Source: Squalus acanthias
Lineage: Eukaryota
Assembly: GCA_030390025.1 (NCBI GenBank)
Contig: CM059432.1
Coordinates: 146,384,001 to 146,448,000, forward strand
Length of the DNA stretch: 64,000 nt
Direction of reading: 5' to 3'
Shown: piece by piece, positions 11,583 to 24,751 of the stretch
Numbering within the stretch: position 1 is the stretch's first letter
Layout of the letters: each line of letters starts with the position of its first letter
Translations under genes and position numbers: made by a program
The notes under the pieces: generated by a model
What the model was told of the DNA's origin: nothing
Database searches by the model: none
What the model saw: only the letters and a program-made list of their open reading frames with translations

Positions 11583-13010
11583 TTTTTTTAATTCGTTTAT
11601 GGGATCAGGGCGTCGCTGGCAAGGCCAGCATTTATTGCCCATCCCTAATTGCCCTTGAGAAGGTGGTGGTGAGCCGCCTTCTTGAACTGCTGCAGTCCAT
11701 GTGGTGATGGTACTCCCACAGTGCTGTTAGGGAGGGAGTTCCAGGATTTTGACCCAGCGACGATGAAGGATCGGCCGATATACTTCTAAGTTAGGATGAT
11801 GTGTGACTTGGAGGGGAACTTGGTGGTGTTCCCATGCGCCTGCTGCCCTTGTCCTTCTAGGTGGAAGAGGTCGCGGGTTTGGGAGGTACTGCCGAAGAAG
11901 CCTTGGCGAGTTGCTGCAGTGCATCTTGTAGATGGTACACACTGCAGCCACGGTACGCTGGTGGTGGAGGGAGTGAATGTTTAAGGTGGTGGATGGGGTG
12001 CCAATCAAGCGGGCTGCTTTGTCCTGGATGGTGTCGAGCTTCTTGAGTGTTGTTGGAGTTGCACTCATCCAGACAAGTGGAGAGTATTCCATCACACTCC
12101 TTACTTGTGCCTTGTTGATGGTGGAAAGGCTTTGGGGATACAGGAGGTGAGACACTCGCCGCAGAATACCTAGCCTCTGACCTGCTCTTGTAGCCACAGT
12201 ATTTATGTGGCTGGTCCAGTTAAGTTTCTGGTCAATGGTGACCCCCAGAATGTTGATAGTGGGGGATTTGGCGATGGTAATGCCATTGAATGTCAAGGGG
12301 AGGTGGTTAGACTCTCGCTTGTTGGAGATAGTCATTGCCTGGCACTTCTGTGGCGCGAATGTTACCTGCCACTTATCAGCCCAAGCCTGAACGTCATCCA
12401 GGTCTTGTTGCATGCGGGCATGGACTGCTTCATTATCTGTGGAGTTGTGAATGGCGCTGAACACTGTGCAGTCATCAGCGAACATCCCCATTTCTGACCT
12501 TATGTTGGAGGGAAGGTCATTGATGAAGCAGCTGAAGATGGTTGGACCTAGGACACTGCCCTGAGGAACTCCTGCAGCGATGTCCTGGGGCTGTGATGAT
12601 TGACCTTCAACCACCACAACCATCTTCCTTTGTGCTAGGTATGACTCCAGCCAGTGGAGCGTTTTCCCCCTGATTCCTATTGACTTCGGTTTTACTAGGG
12701 CTCCTTGATGCCAGACTCGGTCAAATGCTGCCTGATGTCAAGGGCAGTCACTCTCACCTCTCCTCTGGAATTCAGCTCCTTTGTCCATGTTTGGACCAAG
12801 GCTGTAATGAGGTCAGGAGCCGAGTGGTCTTGGCAGAACCCAAACTGGGCAGGTTATTGGTGAGCAGGTTATTGGTGAGTAAGTGCCGCTTGATAGCACT
12901 GTCGATGACGCCTTCCATCACTTTGCTGATGATTGAGAGTAGACTGATGGGGCGGTAATTGGCCGGGTTGGATTTGTCCGCTTTTTGTGGACAGGACATA
13001 CCTGGACAGT
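11583..13010 (-). mobile_element. 5'-truncated LINE, second CR1-group family (subclade not resolved), RT plus 3' end
   Basis: NYRPISLLS, GVPQGSVLGP, MFADD, HSLHHQRTVAAVCTIYK (ORF 11727-12623); A-rich tail near 11583. Same family at 37775-37920, 56690-56975 and 62560-63425. Confidence 0.88.
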
Positions 13011-13103
13011 TTTCCTAACATGCAAGGCCATAAATGGGCTGGTGTTACGATAACACACAGAACTAGACACTTACAGATATGAGAAGGGAACAATAACAAT
13101 TAG

Positions 13104-13232
13104 GACAAAAGCAAAATACTGCGGATGCTGGAAATCTGAAATAAAAACAGAAAATGCTGGAAATACTCAGCAGGTCAGGCAGCATCTGTGTGGAGAGAGA
13201 AACAGAGTTAACGTTTCAGGTCGATGACCCTT
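13104..13232 (-). mobile_element. Penelope-like terminal repeat fragment with truncated hammerhead motif
   Basis: Reverse complement of 56335-56456; the minus strand reads GAAGGGTCATCGACCTGAAACGTTAAC. Confidence 0.65.
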
Positions 13233-13319
13233 CAGGGGGGGTCTGCCAGTTGGTTTGTCCCATCATAACACAGGGGAGACTATTGGCATAAACATCAGTG
13301 GTGTCCCCTGTATATTGAG

Positions 13320-14148
13320 ATGAGTGGAATAGTTGGACACCATTCTCACCACTCGCTGGGTAAAGAAGTTTATTCTGAATTCCCTATTTGATTTCTTGTT
13401 GACGATCTTATATTGATGGCCTCAAGTTTTGCTCTTCCCCACAAGTGGAAACACTCTCTCTTTATCCACTCTATCAACACCTCTCATAATTTTAAAGACC
13501 TCTATTAGGTCGCCCCTCAGCCTTCTCTTTTCAAGAGAAAAGAGACCCAGCCTGTTCATCCTTTCCTGATATCTATACCCTCGCATTTCTGGTATCGTCC
13601 TTGTAAATCTTCTCTGCAACCTCTCCAGTGCCCCTCTATCATTTTTATAATATGGCGACCAGAATTGCACACAGTTCTCAAAGTGTGGTCTCACCAATGT
13701 TCGATACAAGTTTAGCATAACTTCACTACTTTTCAATTCTATCCCTCTGAAAATAAACCCTAGTGTTTGGTTTGCCTTTTTATGGCCTTGTTAGCCTGTG
13801 TCGATACTTTTAGTGATTTGTGTATTTGTACTCCCAGATCCCTTTGGTCCTCTACCCCATTTAGATTCTTATTTTCCAAGTAATATGTGACCTCCTTACT
13901 TTTCTTACCAAAATGTAATACCTCACATTTATCTGTGTTGAATTTCATTTGCCAATTATTTGCCCATTCTGCAAGTTTATTAATGCCTTCTTGTAATTTG
14001 TTGCAGTCCTCCTCAGTATTGACTATCCCCGCCCACCCCTGCCCCCCCCCCCCCCAATTTGGTGTCGGTCGTCTGCAAATTTAGAAATTGTGTTTTTGAT
14101 TCCAAAGTCTAAATCGTTAATGTAAATTGTGAACAACAGTGGTCTCAG
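13320..14148 (-). mobile_element. CR1 LINE fragment
   Basis: LYRTLVRPHFENCVQFWSP, RRLRGDLIEVFKI, MKFNTDKCEVLHFG. Confidence 0.9.
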
Positions 14149-14574
14149 TTAATCTGAGTTAATAAAATATCTGAAGGTGTTATCACAATCCCGTATCTCG
14201 GACTCAGAGCTTTATATTCACGGCGATGTGCCTCTCAGACGGACAGATAGGCCTAGTCTGGGCGCTCGTGTCCTTTGTGATACCACTGGCTATATGTGAA
14301 AGGTTTGGGAAGGAGGAAAGAGTGGGGCTGCCTTTGACTCTAAAGGATTTATGACAATGAGGTCGGGTGGGTAAGGCTGCTCAGGGCCCTGTTTATCTCT
14401 CCATTTCTCTTGTGCCATCTGCCTCCTCCTGTTAATTCAAGTCCCTGGCTTTCACTGCCATGTTGGGGTTTGGTATCAAAATAAGTGGGAAGTTCTGTTT
14501 CCGAAATGGAGGACGTGGACCTGGAGTTTTAGTCTAGTCCGAATTGACTGTGCAAAAAACGAGCCTCTAGTGAG

Positions 14575-15905
14575 GGACAGTATTCATCGCCATTTAGAAA
14601 GGCATGGCTTAATCAAGGACAGTCAGCATGGATTTGATGAGGGAAGGTCGTGTATGACTTGATTGAATTTTTTCTAGGAGGTAACAAGGATGGTCGATGA
14701 GGGTAGTGCATATGATGTAGTCTACATGAATTTTAAAAGGCTTTTGACAAGTTCCCACATGGCAGATTGGGCAGAAAAGTAAAAGCCCACGGGATCCAAG
14801 GGAAAGTGGCAATTTGGATCCAAAATTGGCAGGAACCAAAGGGTAATGGTTAACGGATGTTTTTGTGACTGGAAGGTTGTTTCCAGTGGAGTTCCGCAGG
14901 GCTCAGTACTGGGTCCCTTGCTTTTTGTGGTATATATCAATGATTTAGACTTCAATGTTGGGGGCATGATTAAGAAGTTTGCAGATGATACAAAAATTGG
15001 CCGTGTGGTTGATTGTGAGGTAGAAAGCTGTAGACTGCGGGAAGATATCAATGGACTGGTCAGGTGGGCAGAAAAGTGGCAAATAGAATTCAGTCTGGAG
15101 AAGTGTGAGGTAATGCATTTGGGGAGGGCTAACAATGCAAGGGAATACGCAATAAATGGTAGGATACTGAGAAGTATAGAGGAACAGGGGAACCTTGGAG
15201 TGCATGTCCACAGATTCCTGAAGGTAGCAGGACAGGTAGATAAGGTAGGTTAAGAAGGCATACGGGATACTTTCCTTTATTAGCCGAGGCATAGAATATA
15301 AGAGCAGGGAGGTTATGCTTGAACTGTATAAAATACTAGTTAGGCCACAGCTAGAGTACTGCGTACAGTTCTGGTCACTACATTACAGGAAAGATGTGAT
15401 TGCACCAGAGAGGGTACAGAGGAGATTTACAAGGATGTTGCCAGGACTGGGGAATTTTAGCTATGAGGAAATATTGGATAGGCTGGGGTTGTTTTCTTTG
15501 GAACAGAGGGGGCTGAGGGGAGACTTGATAGAGGTGTATAAAATTCTGAGGGCCCTGGATAGAGTGGATAGGAAGGACCTATTTCTCTTAGCAGAAAGGT
15601 GAATAACCAGGGGGCACAGATTTAAAGTAATTGGTAGAAGGATTAGAGGGGAGTTCAGGAGAACCTTTTTCACCCAGAGGGTGGTGGGGGTCTGGAACTC
15701 ACTGCCTGAAAGGGTGGTAGAGGCAAAGACCCTCATCGCATTTAAAAAGTACTTGGATATACACTTGAAGTGCCGTAACCTGCAAGGCTACGGACCAAGA
15801 GCTGGAATGTGGGATTAGGCTGGATAGCTCTTTGTCAGCCAGCACAGGCTTGATGGGCCGAATGGCCTCCTTCTGTGCTGTAAATTTCTATGATTCTATG
15901 ATTCA
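14575..15905 (+). mobile_element. 5'-truncated CR1 LINE with 3' end
   Basis: GVPQGSVLGP, KFADD, LVRPQLEYCVQFW; ends in the (ATTCTATG)n tail typical of CR1. Confidence 0.93.
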
Positions 15906-16869
15906 GCTCATGCATTATTATATTATGCTAAAATAGAGACTGGGAAAATCACTCCAATATCAAGAGTGGCCTTATTACTATAGTATTAACATGCACAATA
16001 AAATTAACAAAACCAATTTTAGTTAAAAAATAAACATTTTAGACACCTTGGGTTGTTCTTTGATTTTTGTTTCACTCAAAATGGGCACAAAGTCCGCGGA
16101 ATGGATGCAGCACCTGCCCAAATCCGATATCGCGAGGCGCGAACCATGTTGGGGTTCAGGCCTCATTTACATGGTGCCGGTGAGATGCCGGCGCCAGATG
16201 GGCATCCAGCTGTGACTGAGCAGTTGTCGGAAGGCGGAAAACTGGCCGGCTCCTGCGCCGGCAGGTGAGTCTGCAGCTTGGGGGGGCTTTGAATGGGCCA
16301 GTGGTGGACGAGAGGTTTTTTGTGGACCCAGGATGAGCACTCCTCTTGGGCCCACAAAAATAAAAGATTCCTGGACCTTTTCTTGAGTGGCCACCAGTGA
16401 TGGCTTTAAGGACTGCTCGTAGGCCACTCAGAAAATGCTGTTCAGCGTGCAAGTGACCCTGGGACTGGAATCAGGGGACAGCATCTCCATGGCAGGTGTA
16501 GTCCCACCTTCTCCCTCTCCCAATCAGAAAACTGAGTCCAGTAACTCTGACCTCTGCATTGACCTCACTGACTCTAACTCACAACTGACATATAAACTGT
16601 TTGTATGCATTGCAATTATCAGCAAAGGATTTTACACCACTCATTGGCAGCAATGGTACTGGCAAACAAGAGACTAGGGGGGCGAAATTCGGGTTGTTAG
16701 CGCCTCCTGTTGGCGCTAATGGGTTTGTGGTGGGGCACGGCGAATCCAACGCCGCACGCGAAATTCGCCCGGGATTTAGTGCTGGCGCTAACATTTAGCG
16801 CCTAGGCCTTTAGCGGCTGCTAGATCGTGACGTCAATGAGTTTGGAACGCCCCCTTAACGCCCCAGATG

Positions 16870-18207
16870 TAATAGCAGAGCACTTGGAAAACAGTGACAG
16901 GATCGGACAAAGTCAACATAGATTTACAAAAGGTAAATCATGCTTGACTAATCTACTGGAATTTTTTGAGGATGTAACTGGTAGAATAGATAAGGGAGAA
17001 TCAGTAGATGTGGTGTATTTGGACTTTCAGAAGGCTTTTGATAAGGTCCCGCATAAGAGATTAGCGTGCAAAGTTAAAGCACATGGGATTGGGGGTAAGG
17101 TACTGATTTGGATAGAGAACTGGTTGGCAGACAGGAAGCAAAGAGTTGGAATAAACGGGTCTTTTTCCGAGTGGCAGGCAGTGACTAGTGGGGTATCGCA
17201 GGGATCGGTGCTAGGACCCCAGCTATTCACAATATATATTAATGATCTAGACGAGGGAACTAGATGTAATATCTCCAAGTTTGCAGATGACACAAAGCTG
17301 GGTGGGCGTGTGTGCTGTGAGGAGGATGCAGAGAAACTCCAGTATGATTTGGACAGGTTGGGTGATTGGGCAGATGCATGGCAGATGCAGTATAATGTGG
17401 ATAAATGCGAGGTTACTTCGGTGGCAAAAACAGGAAGACAGATTATTATCTGAACGGCAATAGATTGGGAAAAGGGAAAGTGCAACGAGACCTGGGTGTC
17501 CTTGTGCACCAGTCGCTGAAGGTAAGTATGCAGGTGCAGCAGGCGGTTAAGAAGGCAAATGGTATGTTGGCCTTCATAGCGAGAGGATTCGAGTACAGGA
17601 GCAAGGATGTCTTGCTGCAGTTGTACAAGGCCTTGGTGAGACCACACCTTGAGTATTGTGTGCAGTTTTGGTCGCCTTATCTGAGAAAGGATGTTCTTGC
17701 CATGGAGGGAGTGCAGCGAAGATTCACCAGACTGATACCTGGGATGGCAGGAATGACGTATGAAGAGAGATTGGGACGATTGGGCTTGTATTCGCTAGAG
17801 TTTAGAAGAATGAGAGGGGATCTCATTGAAACTTATAAAATTCTAACAGGACTAGACAGACTAGATGCAGGAAGGCTGTTCCCGATGGCGGGGGAGTCCA
17901 GAACCAGGGGTCACAGTCTAAGGATAAGGGGTAAGCCATTTAGGACTGAGATGAGGAGGAATTTCTTCACCCAGAGAGTGGTGAACCTGTGGAATTCTCT
18001 ACTACAGAAGGCAGTTGGGTCAATTCATTTCATATATTCAAGAAGGAGTTGGATATATTTCTTAAGGCTAAAGGGATCAAGGGATATGGGGAGAAGGCAG
18101 GGACAGGGTACTGAATTTGGATGATCAGCCATGGCCTCATTGAATGGCGGAGCAGGCTCGAGGGGCCAAATGGCCTACTCCTGCTCCTATCTTCTATGTT
18201 TCTATGT
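16870..18207 (+). mobile_element. 5'-truncated CR1 LINE nested in Harbinger
   Basis: ORFs 16827-17453 and 17405-18124 (YLDFQKAFDKV, KFADD); TTCTATGT tail; flanked by AGATG on both sides. Confidence 0.93.
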
Positions 18208-18490
18208 AGATGCAAAATTGACGTTCGCCCCCTGTCTTCGTGCCTGGCCTGAACAACGGCAGGAAGAGGAATCGTGATGCAGTCGGACGGCCGCTGTAGG
18301 TGCGGTATTTAAAGGGATCAACATCCGCTTTCATTTCAGTGACCAATCAATGCTGCCATCTCAGTTTGACATTGCGAAACAGCCGTTTTCAGTGAGTTAA
18401 ACGTTTGTAACTTTCAGGAATGTTCCGCCTGCTAAAAAATTGTCACTTTCATTCTGCTAACATTTGGAAGTCCTACACTTGGTTACATTA

Positions 18491-19620
18491 ATGGGGGCTG
18501 TACTGGCACTCAACCGTACCCTCCAGCATCAACGTCGGAGGCAGCGGAGGCAGACACAAACATTGGAAAATGTGGCCAGAGGGAGGAGGACCAACAGGGG
18601 TCTCAACAGGAGGCCTTACCCTCCCAGGGTATTCCGGCAGCACTTCTCCGACATGAATTTCACTGAGGAGCAGTGTCTTAGAAGGCTCCGCTTCAACAAG
18701 GAGGTGGTCACAGAGTTCTTCCACCTCCTGCAGCCAGACCTCGAGCCTCAGATCAGGACCACCACGGCTCTCTCAGTGGCAGTCAAGGTCACCGTCGCCC
18801 TCAATTTCTAAGCCAGCGGATCCTTCCAGTTTGCAGCAGGAGGTATATCTAACATCTCACAGTTCGCCGTCCATCGCTGCATAGGGGAGGTCACAGAGGC
18901 TCTCTACAGTAGGAGAAGGGACTACATTTCCTTCCCCATCACCAGAGAGAAGCAGGACGAGCGTGCATGTGGCTTTGCCAGGATAGCGGGCTTCCCCATG
19001 GTGCAGGGCGCCATTGACTGCACCCACATTGCTTTGCGGGCACCGCATAACAATCCTGAGATTTTACGCAGCCGCAAAGGCTACCACTCACTTAATGTGC
19101 AGTTGGTGTGTGACCACATCCTCACCCTCAATGCCCGCTATCCTGGCAGCAGCCACGATGCCATCATCCTGTGCCAGCACTCTTCCAGCCACCACATCAA
19201 GCTTGCAGCTGGCTGGTCGGAGACAAGGGCAATCCGCTCTCCACCTGGCTCATGACTCCCCTCCGTAACCCCAACACACCTGCTTAGCACTCATATAATG
19301 AGAGCCATGCCGCCACCTGGAACATCGAGCAGACCATCGGAGTGCTCAAGCAACGGTTCCGCTGCCTTGACCGCTCGGGAGGAGCCCTCCAGTACTCGGC
19401 TGAGCGGGTGTCCCTTTTCATTGTCGTCGTCGTCTGCTGCATGCTGCACAACTTGGCCATCATGAGGGCGCAGCCATTGCCACCAGGCATAACTCCACCA
19501 CCTCAGGAGGAGCAGGACGAGCAACAGGAGGAGGAACAGCAGCGAGGGAAGAGGCAGCCTCTCAATTGGCCTTCTGAAAGTGCGGTCCGTGACCGCCTCA
19601 TCAGACTGTGGTTCCAATAA
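18491..19620 (+). pseudogene. Harbinger DDE transposase pseudogene
   Basis: [51 protein letters not shown]; stops and deletions. Confidence 0.9.
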
Positions 19621-19833
19621 ATTCTACCCCACATGCTCACCACATCCCCATCATTCCATTCATTTCACTTGCCATATCACAGCGCAAAGCTGAAATGAGA
19701 GACAGCACAAATTCCGCAAAATTCCATTAATAAATTGTTCAACATTCAGTAAACATGTATATACAACAACAATATTAACTAATCACCCTTGTGCAAACTC
19801 TTACTTCCCCTCTTTACAATCCCTTTTCCTAAT

Positions 19834-21668
19834 CTACTGCGTAGTGCTACGTAGTCTGTTCCCAGTGGCTGCAGCAGGGCGGGTGGAAGGCTGCTGAGTG
19901 TCTGTGCCAGAGACTTCAGATGGCCTTGCAGGACGCCCTTGACCTGCTCTGAGCCTGAAAGGCCCGGCTGTACACTGCACCACCTCAGGATGGTCTGGCT
20001 GGATGACAGGCAGTGACAAGGGCAATGGTGGAGTGGCAGTGGTGGGAGCAGGAATGCTGTCATCCTGAGAGAGGACAGCAGGTTCCTGCTCCACTGACCC
20101 ACTGCCACTCCCCCAGGGCAGCACCTCAGCATCACTACCAATCTGCTGGAGCACAGATTGCTGGCCTGCTGCGACACCGTGAGATCCCCGGTGGACTGTG
20201 GTGGACCCAGCCACGATGGCAGCAGTCAGAGTTTGCGTGGCATCAAGCTGAGACTGCATGAGAGCAGTCTGAGACTCGATGGCAGCAACCATTGACTGCA
20301 TTACAGCACTAAGACGTTGCGTGGCTTCCGCCTGTGCTGCAATGAATTCTGCCACATCGTCCATGACACGCGGCATGAGGTCTGGGTCCCCACAGTCTCT
20401 CAGGGAGTCCACCATCCTTTGCAGACTGCCAAGGATGGGCTCCATGGTGTGCACAGAGCTCTGTGCAATGTTGGAGGCGGACTCCTCCACGCTCCTTACC
20501 ATTGCCGACAGGCTCTCGGGCACCCTTGCCATTGCACCTATCATCTCGGTGTGCATGGCGATCACCCTTCTTGTGAACGCCTCCCCATCGAGGTCCTCAT
20601 CTGAGTCGTGTACAGCAGAACTCGCGCACAAACTCACCCTCCGGGGAGCTGGCTCCCGAGCTACCCTTTCCCCCTGGCCTTGCTGCAGCCCGCTCACCCC
20701 CGGTGCATCACCCAGTGCTGACCCCTCTACTAAACTTGCCTCTAAAGATCGCGTAGTCCCAGTATCTGAGGTGGCGCCTGCGGGTGAGACATGCAGTGAC
20801 GCGATGCTTTCTTCCTCCTCCTCTTCTCCCACCTCACTCTCACTGGGAGGCTCAGGGACAGGCTAGTCAGTTGGTTGCTGATTACCTGAAAGCATAAAGG
20901 CACAAGACTCGCGTTAAGGTGAGGGCAGGGGGACAGGAAGGGAGCAAAGAATGCAGACAGAATAATGAGCTGGAAAGTGGGAAAGGCTTGTGGTGTGAGG
21001 GGGAAGTGGGATGAGAGGAGAGGGGATGAACATACCGTTGTTGTCCCCAAGGGGGTCAACGTCGCCGTCGGCCACAGTGCCCACCACCTGGTGCCCAATG
21101 AGTCTCAGCACTCGCTCCTCCAGGTCTGTAAGTTGTAGGATGTCCACTTCACCCCCGCCTGTTCGTTCCTGCTCCCTCCTATTGTGGCCCAGCTTGGCCT
21201 GCAAGAGAAAGGAAAGTGTGTGAGTGAGTGTGCAGCTTTGTGTTGGGGAGATGTGCCTGCCATAGTTGAATAGCTGTGATTTTAGGCAAGGCGTGAGATG
21301 TGGATGTGAGTTTGAGTAGGTGGAGATGCTTGGTGGGTGAGTGGTGGGGGTGTGGTGGTTTGTGCAGTGTGTACAGACTGAGGTTCAGATGCTGGTATGT
21401 AGGACTTGTTGAAGCATGTACTCACCCTGACCACCCGAGTGAGGTCGTTGAAATTTTTACGGCACTGTGTGAGGGTCCTGAGGACCACACTGCTGACCGA
21501 GACGTCCTGGGCCACTTCGCTCCACATTGCCCTGAAGACCTGGAGCAATGGCCTCCTGCCAGTGGCCAGGAACAGCGCTGCCCTCCTTCTTTCGACTGCC
21601 GCGACCAATGCCTCCAATGCCTGGTCGCTGAAACGGCGAGCTCTCTCCCTGGGACTGGGATCAGCCAT
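19834..21668 (-). pseudogene. Harbinger Myb/SANT-like DNA-binding gene, three exons (21668-21426, 21198-21036, 20885-19834)
   Basis: RFSDQALEALV..WSEVA..RTLTQCRKNFNDL trihelix motif. GT-AG introns in compatible phases (0 and 1). One TAG early in exon 3. Confidence 0.85.
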
Positions 21669-21827
21669 GAGGATAAGAGGTGTAGCTGTTGAGTTGCTTG
21701 GAGGTCGCCTTCAGAGCCAGCAGTGTTGAGAATGAGGTTGTGCAGAATGAATGAACCTCCCCTTTAAGAACTGGAAGGAGCCAGTGTGAATGATGAGTCC
21801 CGATGGAGTGCACCTGAAATTGGTTAT

Positions 21828-22514
21828 TGCTCTGTGTGTAGCGCCCCGCTCTCTGTGGGTAGCGCCCCGCTCTCTGTGGGTAGCGCCCCGCTCTCTGCGG
21901 GTAGCACCCCGCTCTCTGTGGGTAGCACCCCACTCTCTGCGGGTAGCCCCCCGCTCTCTGTGGGTAGTGCCCCGCTCTCTGTGGGTAGTGCCCCGCTCTC
22001 TGTGGGTAGCCCCCCGCTCTCTGTGGGTAGCCCCCCGCTCTCTGTGGGTAGCGCCCCGCTCTCTGTGGGTAGTGCCCCGCTCTCTGTGGGTAGTGCCCCG
22101 CTCTCTGTGGGTAGCCCCCCGCTCTCTGTGGGTAGCCCCCCGCTCTCTGCGGGTAGCACCCCGCTTTCTGTGGGTAGTGCCCCGCTCTCTGCGGGTAGCG
22201 CCCCGCTCTCTGTGGGTAGCCTCCCGCTCTCTGTGGGTAGTGCCCCGCTCTCTGTGGGTAGCCCCCCGCTCTCTGTGGGTAGCACCCCGCTCTCTGCGGG
22301 TAGCCCCCCGTTCTCTGTGGGTAGCGCCCCGCTCTCTGTGGGTAGTGCCCCGCTCTCTGTGGGTAGTGCCCCGCTCTCTGTGGGTAGTGCCCCGCTCTCT
22401 GTGGGTAGCACCCCGCTCTCTGTGGGTAGCCCCCCGCTCTCTGTGGGTAGTGCCCCGCTCTCTGTGGGTAGCACCCCACTCTCTGTGTTTAGCGCCCCGC
22501 TCTCTGTGGGTAGC
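21828..22514. repeat. 21-bp minisatellite, ~33 copies (GCTCTCTGTGGGTAGYVCCCC)
   Basis: Direct head-to-tail repeats with no spacers. Confidence 0.97.
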
Positions 22515-23029
22515 GTCCTAAGTTAGCTGATTATCACTTGATTCAGCGCTCCAGCTCTTTCTTGGAGCGCTAACAATCAATTTAGCGGGAGGTCAGAAGG
22601 ATTAGCGCCTGGCGCTAACTCTGCAACTTCTTAAAATTTAGCGCCCAATCGGGGCAACACCCCGAATGTTTAGCCCTAGGAAACTTTTCACAAAAGGGGA
22701 GAAAATTTGGAAAGATTTTCAGAGTTAAAACCACGTAAAAAATTCTCCCCACGATTGCTGAAATGAAGAGTGAACAATGCTGTTCCCTGGCACGATAGCT
22801 TTAGTGTGTGCTATCAGCCTGGATTGTCTGGTTTTCATGGCAACAACCAGTCGCAACTTGATCTCTAGTCACTTCCATAAAAATCAGAAAATTACTGATT
22901 AACATGCTCACCCACACACATGCACACCATACCCCTCCGGATGTCTCTGATGCCACTTAAAGTCAACCACCACCACTTAAAGGGGCGGTGCACTTTGGCT
23001 GCAAAAGAAAGGAAACCCTTCTCATCACG

Positions 23030-23250
23030 GAATGGCTGAAGCAAGCACTGAGAGAGCACCAAGGTTCTCGGATGCTGCTTTGGAGGCCCTGGTGCAAGCT
23101 CCACCCAGGGAGCAAAAAGCTCTCCAGGCAACAACTCCGCTGCCTGTGGGAAGAGGTTTTTGAGGAGGTCAATGCCAGGAACTTAGCTCCAAAGGCATGG
23201 CTGCAATGCCACAAAAAAAATCAATGACCTCACCAGAGTAGTCAAGGTAA
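23030..23250 (+). pseudogene. Harbinger Myb/SANT exon-1 fragment
   Basis: APRFSDAALEALV..WEEV..WLQCHKK.NDLTRVVK followed by a GT donor. Confidence 0.7.
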
Positions 23251-23908
23251 CTGCTCTCTTTCCACCATCTACGGCCTTATTACTCACAATACTCACAATA
23301 CTCTCCTCTGCCACATAGAATCATAGAATAGTACAGCACAGAAGGAGGCCATTCGACCCATCGAGTCTGCGCTGGCTCATTCGATAAGCAATCCAGTTCG
23401 TCCCAGTCCCCCGCTATTTCCCCATATCCCTGCAATTTTTTTCTCCTTCACGTAGTTATCCAATTCCCTTTTGAAGGCTACTATTGAATCTGTATCCGTC
23501 ACCCTATCAGGCAGCGCATTCCAAGTCCTAACCACTCGTTGCATAAAAAGGTTTTTCCTCGTGTCGTCTCTGGTTCTTTTGCCAATCACCTTAAATCTGT
23601 GCCCTCTCGTTATCGGCCCTTCAGCCATTGGAAACAATTTCTCTTCATTTACTCTATCTAAACCCTTTATAATTTTAAACACCTCTATCAAATCTTTTTC
23701 GCCTTCTCTACTCTGAGGAGAACAGTTTATCCACGTAACTAGAATCCCTCATCCCTGGAACCATTCTAGTAAATCTCTTCTGTACCCTCTCCAAAGCCTT
23801 CATGTCCTTCCTAAAATGCGGTGCCCAGAATTGGACACAATACTCCAGCTGGGGCCGAACTAGTGTTTTATAAAGGTTTAGCATAACTTCCTGGCTGTTG
23901 TACTCTAT

Positions 23909-24751
23909 GGGCTCGATTTTCCAAGCCCCGTGGAGGCGGGTTTGGAGGCGGGAGTGGTGGGAAAATTGCAGATTCAGGGGGCACGTACCCATCCCGCCCC
24001 CAACTCGCATCCATGCCAATGTCCCAGGAGGCGGGTACCTGACCTGTGCTGGGAGCCGCCTCCCCGAGGCGGGAAGGGGATTAGTACCAATTAACTGCCT
24101 GTTAACAGGTAGTTAACGGGCAGTTTTTTGGCTAATCTCTATTTTTAGCCCTGAAGTGTGGGCTGCCCGACAGCTCCAAACCACGCCAAGTTAGCGAGGC
24201 GGACCGTGGGTCTGCAGGGCTTGGAGGGGTCGAGATGTCCGGTGTACAGGTGAGTGATGGGTGCATGAGTGCATAGGTAAGTGTGTTTGATGTGTGTAAA
24301 GTGTTTTAATAAGTTTTACTTTCTTTACTTTCTCCTCCAGGCTTCCTCCCTTCAGTTCTCGGGAGTCCCTCAGCTCACCGGCACAGAAAGCAGAATGGCC
24401 GCTGAACTGTCAAAAGCTGCAGCCTCTGCTTTCTGGTCTGGAGAGTTCTCTAACTGAGTCTGAGTAGAAGGACTCAAGTTAGAAGACAGATCGTCAGTGT
24501 TTGACAGCTTCACAGAGCTGTCAAACGCTGATATTTCATCTGTCAAAAGCTCTTGACAGATGAAATGTCAATTGCTGACGTCACCAGTATCCAGGTGTCC
24601 CTTAATAGGCCTGCTGGGCCCGCTGGGCGGGCTTAACAAGGTCAATCAAGGGAAAGTAGCGTGGGTTGGCCACAAATCGATGGAGGCGGGACTACAACCC
24701 AAAAAGTGGGAGTCCCGCCTCCATCACGTCCCCATTGACAAAATCGAGCCC
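23909..24751. mobile_element. Non-autonomous Harbinger-type MITE
   Basis: Perfect 12-bp TIR GGGCTCGATTTT / AAAATCGAGCCC interrupting CR1; internal TGACAG/CTGTCA palindromes. Confidence 0.82.

Larger units (their letters stand above)
16678..22676 (+). mobile_element. Full-structure PIF/Harbinger transposon containing a nested CR1 and a minisatellite
   Basis: TIR-like GGGGGCGAAATTCGGG / CCCGAATGTTTAGCCC, TSD TAG on both sides, transposase on +, three-exon Myb gene on -, subterminal TAGCGCC/GGCGCTA motifs. Confidence 0.9.

Noticed and set aside
14500..14535. ATG GAG GAC GTG GAC CTG GAG TTT (MEDVDLEF), a start-like segment
   Set aside because: Immediately followed by TAG; no further support.
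21661..22526. Long repetitive ORFs (YPQRAG, APLSVGS etc.) as proteins, or the array as CRISPR
   Set aside because: A stop-free 21-bp unit opens several frames on both strands. There are no unique spacers or cas genes, and the context is eukaryotic.
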